Assembly (NCBI GenBank): GCA_951406725.2
Contig: OX597824.1
Span: 80,972,001-81,036,000 of the forward strand
Direction of reading: 5' to 3'
DNA length: 64,000 nt
From: Octopus vulgaris
Lineage: Eukaryota
The notes under the pieces were generated by a model. The model ran no database searches. It had not been told where the DNA came from and saw nothing but the letters and a program-made list of their open reading frames with translations. This document shows positions 39,941 to 54,074 of this stretch, piece by piece; within the stretch, counting starts at the first letter, position 1, and every line of letters begins with the position of its first letter. Both the position numbers and the translations under genes were made by a program.

Positions 39941-40325
39941 GGATGAAAGCACTCCGTCGGTTACGACGACGAGGGTTCCGGTTGATCCGAATCAACGGAA
40001 CAGCCTGCTCGTGAAATTAACGTGCATGTGACTGAGCACTCCACAGACACGTGTACCCTTAACGTAATTCTCGGGGATATTCAGCGTGACACAGAGAGTG
40101 ACAAGGCCGGCCCTTTGAAATACAGGTACAACAGAAACTGGAAGTAAGAGTGAGAGAAAGTTGTGGTGAAAGAGTACAGCAGGGACCACCACCATCCCTG
40201 TCGAAGCCTCGTGGAGCTTTAGGTGTTTTCGCTCAATAAACACTCACAACGCCCGGTCTGGGAATCGAAACCGCGATCCTATGACCGCGAGTCCGCTGCC
40301 CTAACCACTGGGCCATTGCGCCTCC
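39941..40325 (-). mobile_element. SINE family C, full length, with 14-bp TSD
   Basis: TSD ACTATTCACCTACT at 39927-39940 and 40326-40339. Confidence 0.93.
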
Positions 40326-40715
40326 ACTATTCACCTACTATTTCTTGTAGGTCACGACGTGAAGATTTGTAAGTGGATCCTGTCGCCCTAGAGACTTGTT
40401 CGTTAGTTTCAGCTACGAGATAAAGGCTCCCCCAGTGGTTGAGCTACAACACAAAGATTCTCACGAGGATTTCAAGACTAATTTTTTTTTATCTCAGGAA
40501 CCACGGTATTAAGTGCAGGAAAGATAAATCTGCTCAAGGATTAGACACCGGAAACTTATAGAAAACCTGTTTAGCTGTCACCGGCACCGAAGTGTAGCGA
40601 AGTGCTTAGACTTAAAACGACACTACATAACGACACTTTCGCCTTTGAATTGAACCTAAGATCAATGAATTAATAATGTATTGCTACAACTGCTCGACTC
40701 AGTCAACGGGTATCT

Positions 40716-41135
40716 TTACTTTTTACTCTTTACTCCTTTACTTGTTTCAGTCATTTGACTGTGGCCATGCTGGAGCACTGTCTTTAGTCGAGCATCTCGA
40801 CTCCGGGACTTATTCTTTGTAAGCCCAGTACTTATTCTATCGGTCTCTTTTGCCGACCCGCTAAGTGACGGGGACATAAACACACCAGCATCGGTTGTCA
40901 AGCAATGCTAGGGGGACAAACACAGACACACAAACATACACGCACACACACATATATATATATACATATATACGACGGGCTTCTTTCAGTTTCCGTCTAC
41001 CAAATCCACTCACAAGGCATTGGTCGGCCCGAAGCTATAGTAGAAGACACTTGCCCAAGGTGCCACGCAGCGGGACTGAACCCGGAACCATGTGGTCGGT
41101 AAGCAAGCTACTTACCACACAGCCACTCCTGCGCC
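40716..41135 (-). mobile_element. SINE family A, full length
   Basis: Reverse complement of 21422-21838. Confidence 0.93.
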
Positions 41136-41326
41136 TCCTTAATGAATTCTTTACTATGAAACCACCTCAATTCTGGGAAGAGGGTATTTTCAATTTAAAG
41201 GAAAGATGGAGACGCATTGTGCAACAAAATGGTTCATATCTGGTTGATTAAAAATGTAATGGCAAGTATTTATTGACCTTTTTCTTTCCTTTAAAAATCG
41301 GCACGAACTTTCTGGCCAACTCAATA
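41136..41326 (+). mobile_element. mariner 3' end (transposase C-terminus plus TIR)
   Basis: Reads EFFTMKPPQFWEEGIFNLKERWRRIVQQNGSYLVD*, then TIR AAAAATCGGCACGAACTTTCTGGCCAACTCAA|TA. Confidence 0.85.
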
Positions 41327-42092
41327 GAATGCATCCTTTCTTTTTGAAAAACAGTACGGTGTAGGAAGAATCTGAGGTAAAATTTGCAGTTATTTCTTGG
41401 AAGTCACTCGACCAGGTAGATGCTCCCTTGAGCCCGTTTGATTGATTTGATAACTTAGATGTGTTTGTGTGAAAACGAAAAAGTCTCTGTTGGCAGAGAA
41501 TTGATAGTTTAGAAGAGAGGTGTGAATGAAGATGAAGCAAATAACAACAAAGGTTGTGAAATAAATGAGAAAGTAAAATGGACGAAAAGTGAGAAGGAAC
41601 AGCAAAAAATAAAATAAAATAAACGAAGAGGAAAAGCCAAAAAAAAAAAAACAACACATAATGGAGTCGTGAAATAAATAGGAGAAAAATGTGTCTGATG
41701 AAATGCTAGAATGAGAATTTGATGACGGATGGGATGTATGGCAAAAAGACGACGTTGATTGTGGTAGGTCTGTGGAGTGTGTCAAATAAAGTTGTAAGTG
41801 GGGGGATGAAAAAAAAAGGAATGCAAATAGAAAACAAATATGGCGAATGAAATATTGACACGCACAGACAGAAACGCACACATACATGCATACATGCATA
41901 CATATACAAATATATATATATATATTATATTTACTCATATATGCATATATATATATATATGTTAATATATATATATATATATATATTAACATATTTGTTT
42001 TTATATATACATGTACTGACATATGTACATACACAGGCAAAAATGTACACGTTTTTGTGTGTGTATATGTGTGTGCGTGTGTTTGTGTGTTT

Positions 42093-42172
<80 letters not shown>

Positions 42173-43109
42173 GTGTAAGCCGGTTCGTCGCTTCACACTT
42201 GTAAAACTTTCATGGTTTCGAAAGATAAAATATTGCCGTTGTCACTCGTTAACGCAAGCAGTTGATAACCGCCAGGAATGTAATGACAAAATATATTCAA
42301 GTAAACCCAGTTTTCGGTGACATGCGGCAAGGAGAATAGCACAAACCAGCGTAAACGATGTCTTTCTCTGCCTGGTGTCTATGGCGAAGAAACTTGTATG
42401 GTTGGACGTAGTGGGGAAGTTTGAGGGCAGAGAGATTTTCCTTTCGGTCCTGATCTTCGGTCCTTTTTTAAGTAACAACTGAAGAGGAAAATAAAACTAG
42501 TAAAGGAGGCGATTCCATTCAGTAAATTTTATGGTAAGTGGACGTGGGTTACAAAAACTGTTGCGGTTATGTGAAATCTGCTGTTGTTGTTAAGCAACAA
42601 GACTGGTAAGAGTGATTAGGTGATGGTCTAGGGCTTAGGGGCGGGAGACCCCAGATCTTGGAAAAAGAAAAAAAAACTTTGGTTGTCTTGTTGTAGTCGA
42701 GGGCTCTTCGATGACGCCCGACACCACTGAGAGGTGGCCCTCGAAGTCGCTGGAAATGGAGATCTCCAGGTCCAAATTCTTGAACGGCTGTGAACCCTGC
42801 TGTAGCTGTATGATTGTATGCTTGTATCAAGGACAAAGAGAAGGCATTCGCCACTAATATGCCATGGTAGTCTTTGAGTTTACCATACCCGCTCAATGTG
42901 GGTGCCCCTTCAGTTGTGGGGATTATCCTTCCTTATTACTACTGCTATTATTGTTATCATTTATTTATTTATCGTTATTGGTATTAACGATCTCAGCCTT
43001 TTATTTTTTCCCTGCTTTTATTTGTTTTATCTTTTATATTTTTCCTTTTATGGTCCTCATCTTTCAGGGCCTTTTTTTTGGCTATTAAAAGGTCTCGTTA
43101 TTTTATCAT

Positions 43110-43322
43110 TACGAAGTGGTAGAATCGTTCTCATGCCAGGAAAAGTGCTCAGCGGCATTCCGTCCGTCTTTACGTCCTAAGTCCAAATTCCGCCGAGCTC
43201 GGCTTTGCTTTTCATGCTTTCGGGGTCGATAAATTAAGTACGAGTGAAACACTGGGGTCGATGTAATCGATTAGTCCCCTCCCCCAAAATTTCATACCTT
43301 GTGCCTTTAGCAGAAAGAATTA
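43110..43322 (+). mobile_element. SINE family B variant
   Basis: GGTAGAATCGTT...CAAATTCCGCCGAG...GGGGTCGATAAATTAAGTAC. Confidence 0.8.
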
Positions 43323-43518
43323 TTTTATCATTATCGTCTGTGATCGTTCTGCAATGGACCGCCAACGCCATGTGAATCCGTCGTACTCTAGCTCTTTGGC
43401 AAATGCGAGACGTAATAAGCTGCAAATTGACAACTCATATCGAAATGTAAACCAAATATTTTATTTGAAACTTTACGAATGAGAAACTTGAAATGAATTG
43501 CCGATTTGTAATTATTCT

Positions 43519-43941
43519 ACGCAGGAGTGGCTGTGTGGTAAGTAGCTTGCTAACCAACCAAATGGTTCCGGGTTCAGTCCCGCTACGTGGCATCTTGGGC
43601 AAGTGTCTTCTGCTATAGCCCCGGGCCGACCAATGCCTTGTGAGTGGATTTGGTAGACGGAAACTGAAAGAAGCCTGTCGTATATATGTATATATATCTA
43701 TATATATATGTATGTGTGTGTGTGTTTGTGTGTCTGCGTTTGTCCCCCTAGCATTGCTTGACAACCGATGCTGGTGTGTTTACGTCCCCGTCACATAGCG
43801 GTTCGGCAAAAGAGACTGTTAGAATAAGTACTGGGCTTACAAAGAATAAGTCCCGGGGTCGATTTGCTCGACTTAAGGCTGTGCTCCAGCATGGCCGCAG
43901 TCAAATGACTGAAACAAGTAAAAGAGTAAAAGAGTAAAGAG
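43519..43941 (+). mobile_element. SINE family A, full length
   Basis: Complete match to the family. Confidence 0.93.
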
Positions 43942-44163
43942 TATGTTCCCTGTTTTTTGTTTTTTTTTCTGTAACAAATGTCTTATTTTCTACAATGCTA
44001 CCTTCATAGATTAACTACATTATATTGTTGAGAAATAAAAACAATGATGTTTAAGTATTTCCTAATTCGCGGTTTCAATTCTTTTTTTTCAATCCCGCAG
44101 CCATTTTTTTTCTTAAAACAAAAGATCCGAGCTTTTTTTTCCTTAAAACAACCATAAATGTAT

Positions 44164-44249
<86 letters not shown>

Positions 44250-44352
44250 GGCTGGGAGCATCAATGATATAATCAACATGGTGAATAAAAATTTGTTTTT
44301 ATTTTGTTTTTACTTATCGAATATAAACTGTGAAATAAAGAGAAAATATGGA

Positions 44353-44727
44353 TGGATGGAAGCACTCCGTCGGTTACGACGACGAGGGTTCCGGTTGATC
44401 CGAATCAACGGAACAGCCTGCTCGTGAAATTAACGTGTAAGTGGCTGAGCACTCCACAGACACGTGCCCCCTTAACGTAGTTCTCGGGGATGTTCAGCGT
44501 GACACAGAGAGTGACAAGGCCGGCCCTTTGAAATACAGGTACAACAGAAACAGGAAGTAAGAGTGAGAGAAACTTGTGATGAAAGAGTACAGCAGGGATC
44601 ACCACCATCCCCTGCCGGAGCCTCGTGGAGCTTTTAGGTGTTTTAGCTCAATAAACACTCACAACGCCCGGTCTGGGAATCGAAACCGCGATCCTATGAC
44701 CGCGAGTCCGCTGCCCTAACCACTGAG
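44353..44727 (-). mobile_element. SINE family C, slightly 5'-truncated
   Basis: Near-identical to 16623-17009. Confidence 0.92.
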
Positions 44728-44871
44728 CAAATATACCTCTCCAAATACACCTCTCCCCACATTAATGTGTGTACCTAGTTATATACACTCTATGCATGTG
44801 TATATGTGCTGTTAGATTTTTAAATCTTTAACCTGTAGCACACAAAGTCTCACGTCTTTCATTTTAAAGAT

Positions 44872-44984
44872 GGGTTCAGTCCCACTGCGTAGCACCTTGG
44901 ACAAGTGTCTTCTATTATAGCCTCGGGCCGATCAAAGCCTTGTGAGTGGATTTGGTAGACGGAAACTGAAAGAAGCCCGTCGTA

Positions 44985-45035
<51 letters not shown>

Positions 45036-45264
45036 TTGTATGTTTGTGTGTCTGTGTCTGTCCCCCTATAGCATTGCTTGACAACCGATGCTGGTGTGTT
45101 TACGTCCCTGTCACTTAGCGGTTCGGCAAAAAGAGACCGATAGAATAAGTACTTGGCTTACAAAAAGAATAAGTCCCGGGGTCGATTTGCTCGACTATAG
45201 GCGGTGCTCCAGCATGGCCGCAGTCAAATGACTGAAACAAGTAAAAGAGTAAAAGAGTAAAGAG
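44872..45264 (+). mobile_element. SINE family A, 5'-truncated
   Basis: Starts at the B box GGGTTCAGTCCC. Confidence 0.9.
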
Positions 45265-45443
45265 TTTGTACGTACGCGTTTCTTCGCCATTTCCGTTCAA
45301 TATAAATCCTTCCATAAGTACTCAGTCAGTTACTCCTACTCCTTTGTCTTACTGATTCGTTTTTGTCTCACTGTGCCTCTGTATGCAACGTTCCTTTACT
45401 CATTGCCTGCTACAAGTCCAAGCCTAGTATATTACGTTAACTT

Positions 45444-45861
45444 GGCGGCGAGCTGGTAGAATCGTTAGCACGCCGGGCGAAATGCGTAGCCGTATTTCGT
45501 CTGCCGCTACGTCCTGGGTTGAAATTCCGCCGAGGTCGACTTAGCCTTTCATCCTCTCGGTGTCGATAAATTAAGTACCAGTTGCGCATTGGGGGTCGAT
45601 ATAATCGACTTAATCCGTTTGTCTGTCCTTGTTTGTCCGTTCTGTGTTTAGCCCCTTGTGGGTAGTAAAGAAATAGGTATTTCGTCTGCCGCTACGTCCT
45701 GGGTTCAAATTCCGCCGAGGTCGACTTAGCCTTTCATCCTCTCGGGGTCGATAAATTAAGTACCAGTTGCGGATTGGGGGGTCGATATAATCGACTTAAT
45801 CCGTTTGTCTGTCCTTGTTTGTCCCCTCTGTGTGAAGCCCCTTGTGGGTAGTAAAGAAATA
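45444..45861 (+). mobile_element. SINE family B partial tandem dimer
   Basis: The second unit restarts at GTATTTCGTCTGCC (~45677) after the GTAAAGAAATA tail. Confidence 0.9.
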
Positions 45862-46019
45862 TATATTACGTTAACTCTCTCTCTCTCTCTCTCTCTCTCT
45901 CTGCTTCACCCGTCCAGCTGTGGGGAACACGTACGCCGCAGAAACCGGGAAACCAGGCACACGAGCCTGGCTAGGCTTCAAAAGGGCGCATAAATAAATG
46001 AAATAACTTGTTATTATAG

Positions 46020-46690
46020 AGTAAGTTATCTAAATTCTAATATAACATTTTTTGCAGAAATATTTGTGCGCTATTGTATCGAATTGTATGCGTTTTTCAG
46101 CTGGCCTCCATTTCAAACACTCTCTCTTTTACAAAACGATGTAATTTAACCGCTATTGCAATTCCATTAAAATAGGATTGTTTGCTCAGATTTTATGCTT
46201 TATTGAATCCAATATATGTTTATTAACCATATCCAGTTCGCTTTTGATGTGATGCATTTTGATTTTGCAATAAAATTGTGATTTGGTCTTTGAGCGTTAC
46301 GTAGGGTTTTAACGGAATGAAATGTTTCACGCAGTCTTTCATATTTAAATGTGCTGCGAAGGTTTTAGTTTTGTCATATTTTGTATTGATGTTTTGACTT
46401 CATTTTGTTTTTAATATATATATATACGTTTTCAATATACTTTTCGATAATAATTTGCGGTCTATAAGCGGTTTTATTAAGTTCAATAATTTTAATGTTA
46501 TCGGTTTCTGCGTGCATGTCGTTTGAGATTTTTGAATGTTAATAATAAGCTGTTTAACGTGTTTTTCATGTTGTTAGTTTGATTAATAAACCTTTCTACG
46601 TTTTAAACGAATTTGATTATAATAATTTGGAATTCGCTTGGAACTATCGGGCTCTATTTCAGTTACTTTAAGAAATAATGGTACCCAGTA
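46020..46690 (-). pseudogene. Degenerate Penelope-like RT N-terminal region
   Basis: Minus-strand pieces IIELNKTAY, KLLSKSILKTY, PYVTLKD, NFIAK and SKSELDMVNKHILDSI follow the PLE pattern KLL..NITKTY...FITLKDHK.NF...KSE.G.ISK.ILD.I. Confidence 0.55.
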
Positions 46691-46855
46691 AAAAACTCAT
46701 GTTCAAGGATTAAACACAGGGTGGCAGATAAGGAATTTAGCAGCAGCAAAATGAGGATTGACTGGCGGTCGTCAAAAGATTGAGCTTCTAATAATAAATG
46801 TTCTGCAGATGACTGTGAAATTCTGAAGGAGAGGTACCATTAGTTTATAATACCC

Positions 46856-47086
46856 ATTTCTTTACTACCCACAAGGGGCTAAACACAGAGAGGACAAACA
46901 AGGACAGTTAAACGGATTAAGTCGATTATATCTACCCCAGTGCGTAACTGGTACTTATTTAATCGACCCCAAAAGGATGAAAGGCAAAGTCGACCTCGGC
47001 GGAATTTGAACTCAGAACGTAGCGGCAGACGAAATATCGCTAAGCATTTCACCCAGTGTGCTAACGATTCTGCCAGCTCGCCGCCC
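46856..47086 (-). mobile_element. SINE family B with target-site duplication
   Basis: Reverse complement of the 13331 unit; GTTTATAATACCC occurs on both sides. Confidence 0.9.
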
Positions 47087-47945
47087 TGTTTATAATACCC
47101 CCAAAATAACTGCTTCTAGACCTGTAGAAGCAGGTATCTACGGGCCAAGTGAAGTTTCTTGAATACTGGTGGTTGAGAAGCAAGCTTCTTAACCAAGCTA
47201 GAGCACCGTCTCGAAGGATTAGTTGAATAACTCAATCACAGTATCGATTATTTAGACCGGTACTTATCCTATCGATTTTTTTTCCAAACCACTAGGTGCT
47301 AGAGACGGAAGCAAATTGTCGCCGCTTATCCAGCGATTTTGGGACAAACGCAAACAGAAATGCAGACACATACACATACACGACCCACTTCCAAATAGTT
47401 CCCACTGTTTCTGTCTACCAACTGAATTCACACACAAGACGCTGGTCAATCCGGCGATATAGCTGAAGACACTTGCCCAAAGCAACGAACAGTGGGACTG
47501 AACGGGAAATATTGTGCTTGCAGAGTGAACTTCTTATGCATACATAACTTGAACATCCGTGCACGCATAGATTTATTGTATTCTTCTTTAAAGGGTTGCT
47601 AACTAGACATATTTCGAATTTCAATTTTGATTTCCTCGATATCTATAAAACTAGAAAGTTCCATGCGGCGACCTCAAAATTTATTTAATGATTTTGGTCA
47701 AATACACGAAAAAAATAAAACACAAAAAACAAACGAAGTAAATTTTTGTTAATCACACCAGCGACTTTTAAATAATTTTACTAGTTCGTGGGATAATTTT
47801 GTAATATGTCTTTTTATTATTTTTAAAATTTCTATTTAGTCACACTGCGTGGCACCTTGGGCAAGTGTCTCCTATTATAGCCTCGGGCCGAACAAACCGT
47901 GTGAGTAGATTTGGTACACGGAAATTGAAAGTAGCGCGTTGTATG

Positions 47946-48009
<64 letters not shown>

Positions 48010-48024
<15 letters not shown>

Positions 48025-48389
48025 GGCATTTTGTCTGTCTGCGTGTCTGTGTGTCTGTTAGGTTGTACCCTCACCCTGACCACGGCTTTCAACCGATTCT
48101 GATGAAACTTGACACACGCATAGCCCAATGTCATAATTCAAAACTAACGCAGCGACAATTTTGAAAAGTTCCCCAGTTCTGAAAAAAATCGATAAATTCG
48201 ACATGGGGTCGAGAATCAGAAACACAAACCACAGACTGTCTAGGGGACGCAACTCGACCTTTTTAACTCTCAAAAAAATTTACCATAATTTTTTTTCCAT
48301 TTTTTTGCTATTTTTTGGCTATAACTCTCTAAAAATGCTTTATAGTTATTTCCCTTACAAACCCGAGCAACGCCGGGCGATACTGCTAG
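48010..48389 (+). mobile_element. Non-autonomous Helitron (second family) nested in the (TA)n of a family A SINE
   Basis: 3' hairpin CCCGAGCAACGCCGGG and CTAG|T; the 5' end merges with (TA)n; SINE halves at 47838-47940 and 48420-48463. Confidence 0.8.
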
Positions 48390-48524
48390 TATATATATAT
48401 AAATGTATTTGTATGTAGTTATTTGAGTGTCTGTGTTTGTCCCCCCATCATCGCTTGACAACTGTATTTTATTTTTGCAACGAATAGGAGAAAATGAATT
48501 TAATACATCCTTCTATTTTTGTTA

Positions 48525-48990
48525 TTCTTTTACTTGTTTCAGTCATTTGACTGCGGCCATGCTGGAGCACCGCCTTTAGGCGAACAAATCGACCCCATGA
48601 CTTACTTTTTGTAAGCTTAGTATTTATTTTATCAGTGTCTTTTGCCGAACCGCTAAGTTACGGGGACGTAAATTCACCAACATCGGTTGTCAAGCGAATA
48701 TGGAGGGACAAACACAGACACACAAATGCATACACAAACATACACACACGCATATATTAAAGATGGGCTTCTTTTAGTTTCCGTTTACCAAATCCACTCA
48801 CAAGGTTTTGGTCGGCCCGAGGCTATAGTAGGATACGCTTGCCTAAGGTGCCACGCAGTGGGACTGACCCCGGAACCATGTGGTTGGAAAGCAAGCTTCC
48901 TACAACACTTGCCCAAGGTGCCAAGCAGTGTGACTGAAACCGGAACCATGTGATTGGGAAGCAAGCTTCTTACCACGCAGCCACTCCGCA
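48525..48990 (-). mobile_element. SINE family A with duplicated head segment
   Basis: Reverse complement of the family; the head segment occurs twice (48836-48907 and 48907-48990). Confidence 0.88.
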
Positions 48991-49554
48991 TAATTATTCA
49001 ATTGACTCGTCTGGTCGTAGACATAGGAACTACTTTTCTTTCAAAACACATGCTACCGTTCTAGATAAAGAAAAAACATTTTAAAACAGAGCAGGCCTCG
49101 ATATACTAAAAGCAGACGGGAGAAGCTGGTCACGGATGAGGTACCTGTGATTATCGGTCTAGTGGATCATGGCTGTTCTGGGCATTAAGCAACAGGAACA
49201 ACAACAAAAGCAACACAAGGAAGAGGAAGAGACTGAATGATATTGCTGAATCATACGTGTTTGCTCATGTTTAATAAATTGCCAATATAGCTTTTGGTAA
49301 AAAGGCAAAAAACAAAAACATCTGTTTCAACACGCACTTTCGGAGAAGATCCCTTGATAATTCTAAAGATTTACAGCCGCATATATAACGACATAATTAT
49401 ACACACATACCATAGGAACACACACATATATATATACACATATACACACGCACATTCATATTCGAATATACACACAGAAACATGCAAAAACACAGACGCA
49501 TATACACACGCACACGGTAATATTTTCTCAGAAGTTCACACGCACTCTCCTACA

Positions 49555-49586
<32 letters not shown>

Positions 49587-49673
49587 CTTACATATAAATG
49601 CATACATAAATACACACACATACACGCACACACACAACGTAGATATATATGTAAGTACACGTACACACACACA

Positions 49674-49707
<34 letters not shown>

Positions 49708-49738
49708 GATATAGATATGTGTATGTATTATTATGAAG

Positions 49739-49786
<48 letters not shown>

Positions 49787-49940
49787 ATGAATGTACATGT
49801 ATAAATATATATACATAGATATATGTCTGCATATATAGATATATGTATGTTCTTTTATGTGTGTATATATATACATATATATATATGTACATATATATAT
49901 GTATATCTGTATATATATATATATATATACATATACATAC

Positions 49941-49987
<47 letters not shown>

Positions 49988-50396
49988 TGTATGTATGTAT
50001 GTATATTCTGTGTATGTAATCATATATACACGCATGTTTACTAATATACATATTCATATATAGATACATAAACAGGTACATATACGAATATCTTATAGAC
50101 ATCCCTGGGCAATCGCCTTACACCGTATATATCGTTTACTAGTACATCAGTACTTTCGTTTGATAGTTGCTTTGCCACCGGCCTTATTCATTTATGTATA
50201 TATATATTTTAGTTATTTATTTCCAGAATCATAATGCTTATTATCATCAACACCAGAACCACCACCAGCACTACCATCGTCATCATCGTAGGCCTCCTCC
50301 TCCTCCTAATCGTCATCATTGATTTCATATTATTACTGTTATCATGATTATTGTTGTTGTTATTATCATTTCAGTTCCTGTACTTTAAGTAGAAAG

Positions 50397-50484
50397 GTTT
50401 CTTCTTCTTCTTCTTCTTCTTCTTCTTCTTCTTCTTCTTCTTCTTCTTCTTCTTCTTCTTCTTCTTCTTCTTCTTCTTCTTCTT

Positions 50485-50515
<31 letters not shown>

Positions 50516-50597
50516 TCATCATCATCATCATCACCACCACCACCACCACCACCACCACCATAATCATCATTATCATCTTCATCCTCATCCTTATCGT

Positions 50598-50637
<40 letters not shown>

Positions 50638-50716
50638 TCAACCATCATCATTTTCAACATCATCTCAATCATCATCATTTTCATCATCTCCATCATTATC
50701 TTCATCATCATCATCA
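50397..50716. repeat. (TTC)n followed by (CAT)n/(CAC)n microsatellites
   Basis: Direct reading. Confidence 0.95.
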
Positions 50717-51159
50717 TTAGTATTATTAATATTACTGTCGTTGCTGTTGTTATTGTTGTTGTTGTTGTTGATATTATTTTGTTAATGACTTTAACACGTA
50801 TTATACTAACATTATAGTAACATCTGTTTACCTTTTTTGTCGATAATTACTAAAACAGTATCAGTTGATGTAGTTTAACAGCATTTAGGCAAAGAGGGAC
50901 CTTGTGGGGAATAATATCGCCACCAGCAGCATCACCGCCACCGCCACCGCCACCATCAGTAATCTGTTACCAAAAGAACAAAAAAAAATGTTAAAAATTG
51001 TATGCCCTAGCGCCATCTAGTTTATGTTATTATCACAAGGATGAACTTGATATTATCATGTCTTGAAGAGATAATTGCAATAAGGTGTGTCTGGGAGTCG
51101 AAGTTATAATAAATAAACCGTGAGAATAGATGGATGAAAGATGATGAGTGACTGAAAGA

Positions 51160-51163
51160 GACA

Positions 51164-51210
<47 letters not shown>

Positions 51211-51438
51211 AGAGAGAAAATGAGGTTGAGAAAGAGAGTGAGAGTGGAGAATGAGATATATGAAATGGACGAATGAAGAGAGAGAGAGTGTGGACGAAAA
51301 AGACAAGTAAGTTAAAGGGAGACGAGAGAGAGAGAGAAAGAGGGAGGAAGTTTGATAGATAGATAGATAGACAGAGAGAGAGAGAGGGGGTAGAGGCCAG
51401 TAGTTAAAGGGAAACAAAAGAGAGAGAGAGATGAAGAT

Positions 51439-51498
<60 letters not shown>

Positions 51499-51593
51499 GA
51501 AGAGAGAGAAAGGGGTGGTGAAAGATAAGTACTTAAAGGGAGATGAGAGAGAGAACGAGAGAGGAAGACAGACAGGCAGACAGACAGACAGAC

Positions 51594-51632
<39 letters not shown>

Positions 51633-51960
51633 AAGAGAGAGACGGGGAGAGAGATAAGTAGTTAAAAGGAGACGAAGGAGAGAGAGAGAGAGAGAGAGAG
51701 AGCGAAAAAGAGAGAGAAATAGAGCGAAAGAAACAAAGAAAGAGATAGATAGCTAGAAAGAGAGAAGGAAAGAGAGAGAATGTGTGGATGAGAAAATAAG
51801 GGAGGAAAATGAGGTATACGTAATGGACGAATAAAGAGAGAGTGGACGAAAATAAGCAGGAAAAGGGAGAAGAGAGAGAGAGAGAGAAAGAAAGCGAGAG
51901 AGCGTGAAGAGATGGTGAGGAGAGAAAGAGGGGGGAGAGAAATGAAAGTGAATGAGAAAG
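51160..51960. repeat. GA-rich low-complexity tract with (GATA)n blocks
   Basis: Direct reading. Confidence 0.9.
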
Positions 51961-52537
51961 AATGAAGTAAACGTCTGTTCATTATATCGAAATATAAATA
52001 AATACGCAAAACACACACACACACACACACATACCTAGATATATTCACACACGTACATAGACACATCCATACACAAACACGCCACACACCAAGACATTCA
52101 CACTCGCAAACACACACATCTATACAAAAAAATGCTAAAGATAAAGGGAAGGTGATGGGAAAGATAAAAGCGAGATGCAGACAGGTCCTTCGAAGTTTCG
52201 CCTATAGTTACTTTTCATACAAATTTGAACAAGAGCCTCTCCGTAAAACCTCGATGTCATATCAATCTTTAAAAATAACTATTCCATTTTTCATTTTCTG
52301 TTATTTATTCAGTCAGTTTCATATTATACTTCCCTCCTTCCCCCCTCCCTCCTTTCCTACCCACCTACCTACCTACCTACCTACCTACCTACCTACCTTT
52401 GTACAAAAGAAACAAGGCTTGAAATGTTTGGCGGGAGGGGACCAGTCGATTATATCGACCCCAGTGGTCCACTAGCACTTAATTTATCGACCCCGAAAGG
52501 ATGAAATAAAACTGAATAATGACACACATACACACAG

Positions 52538-52697
52538 ATGCAGGATTGGCTGTGTGGTTCAGTCCCACTGCGTGACACCTTGGGCAAATGTTTTCTACTA
52601 TAGCCACGGGCCGACTAAAGTCTTGTGCGTGGATTTGGTAGACGGAAACTGAAAGTAGCCTGTCGTATATATTTATATATATATATGTATATATATA

Positions 52698-52740
<43 letters not shown>

Positions 52741-53150
52741 CGAGTATAACCAGCCAAAATTGCAAAGATAATCTGGAATTCGACTGAGGAAAGAAAGCAC
52801 TGAATGACCAGTTTTCTTTGTATCGTCTATCTGGATGTTTTGTTGTCCCTTTTATGTATCACCTAACTGTCTGAATGTTTTGTATTCTTGCCCCATTTTG
52901 TGTATATATATATGTGTGTGTGTGTGCGTGTGTGCGTGTGTGCGTGCGTGTGTCTGTGTTTGTCCCCCTCACCGAAATTGACAACTGATGTAGGTGTGCT
53001 TACGTCCTCGTAATATAGCGGTTCGGCAAAAGAGACCGATAGAATAATTACTAAGCTTACAAAGAATAAGTCCTAGGATTGAATTGTTCAACTAAAGGCG
53101 GTGCTCCAGCATAGGCGCAGTCAAATGACTGAAACAAATAAAAGAATAAG
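52538..53150 (+). mobile_element. SINE family A with an extra ~160-bp insert in its (TA)n
   Basis: Head 52538-52665, insert 52740-52900, tail 52950-53150. Confidence 0.8.
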
Positions 53151-53312
53151 AAAATATATACATACTTACAGACATACATATATACATACATACATTTATA
53201 CATACTTACATACATTTATACATACATACAGACATACATACATATATATACATTAATACATACATTTATACATACATACATACATACATACATACATACA
53301 TACATACATACA

Positions 53313-53344
<32 letters not shown>

Positions 53345-53628
53345 GACAGACAGACAGACATACATAATTACATACATACATACATACATACATACATGCA
53401 TACATACATACATACATGCATACATACATACATACGTACATACATACATACAAAATACGCATCAAAGAAAAGCCGTATTTGAAAACAAATACATACAAAC
53501 AATTAATCTTGAAAATCCTTTTATCTCACCGATTCATTTAATCTACCTTTCGTATCAATGGCTGCTGTAATTCAGTGTCAGAAGTGTTGACATGCCCGAA
53601 TTAGATGATTTCTATCAATTTTGGACAT

Positions 53629-53790
53629 AGGGCGTAGGAGTGGCTGTGTGGTAAGTAACTTGCTTCCCAACCACATGGTTCCGGGTTCAGTCCCACTGCG
53701 TGGCACCTTGGGCAAGTATCTTCTATAGCCTCGGGCCGACCAAAGCATTGTGAGTGGAGTTGGTTGACGGAAACTGAAAGAAGCCCGTCG

Positions 53791-53829
<39 letters not shown>

Positions 53830-54072
53830 ACATATGTGCGTATGTGTATGTTTGTGTCTGTGTTTGTCCCACCCCCTCCCACAACATGACTTGACAACCG
53901 ATGGTGGTGTGTTTACGTCCCCGTAACTTAGCGGATCGGCAAAAGAGATCGATAGAATAAGTACTAGGCTTGCAAAGAATAAGTCCTGGAGTTGATTTGG
54001 TCGATTAAAGGCGGTACTCCAGCATGGCCACAGTCAAATGACTGAAACAAGTAAAAGAGTAAAAGAGTAAGA
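53629..54072 (+). mobile_element. SINE family A, full length
   Basis: Complete match to the family. Confidence 0.92.
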
Positions 54073-54074
54073 GA

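Noticed and set aside
40895-41251. Recurring ORFs such as MSSNARGTNTDTQ...RRASFSFRLPNPLTR and MVVIPAVLFHHNFLSLLL...
   Set aside because: They recur because they are translations of multicopy non-coding SINEs. This one merely reads through into a mariner C-terminus.
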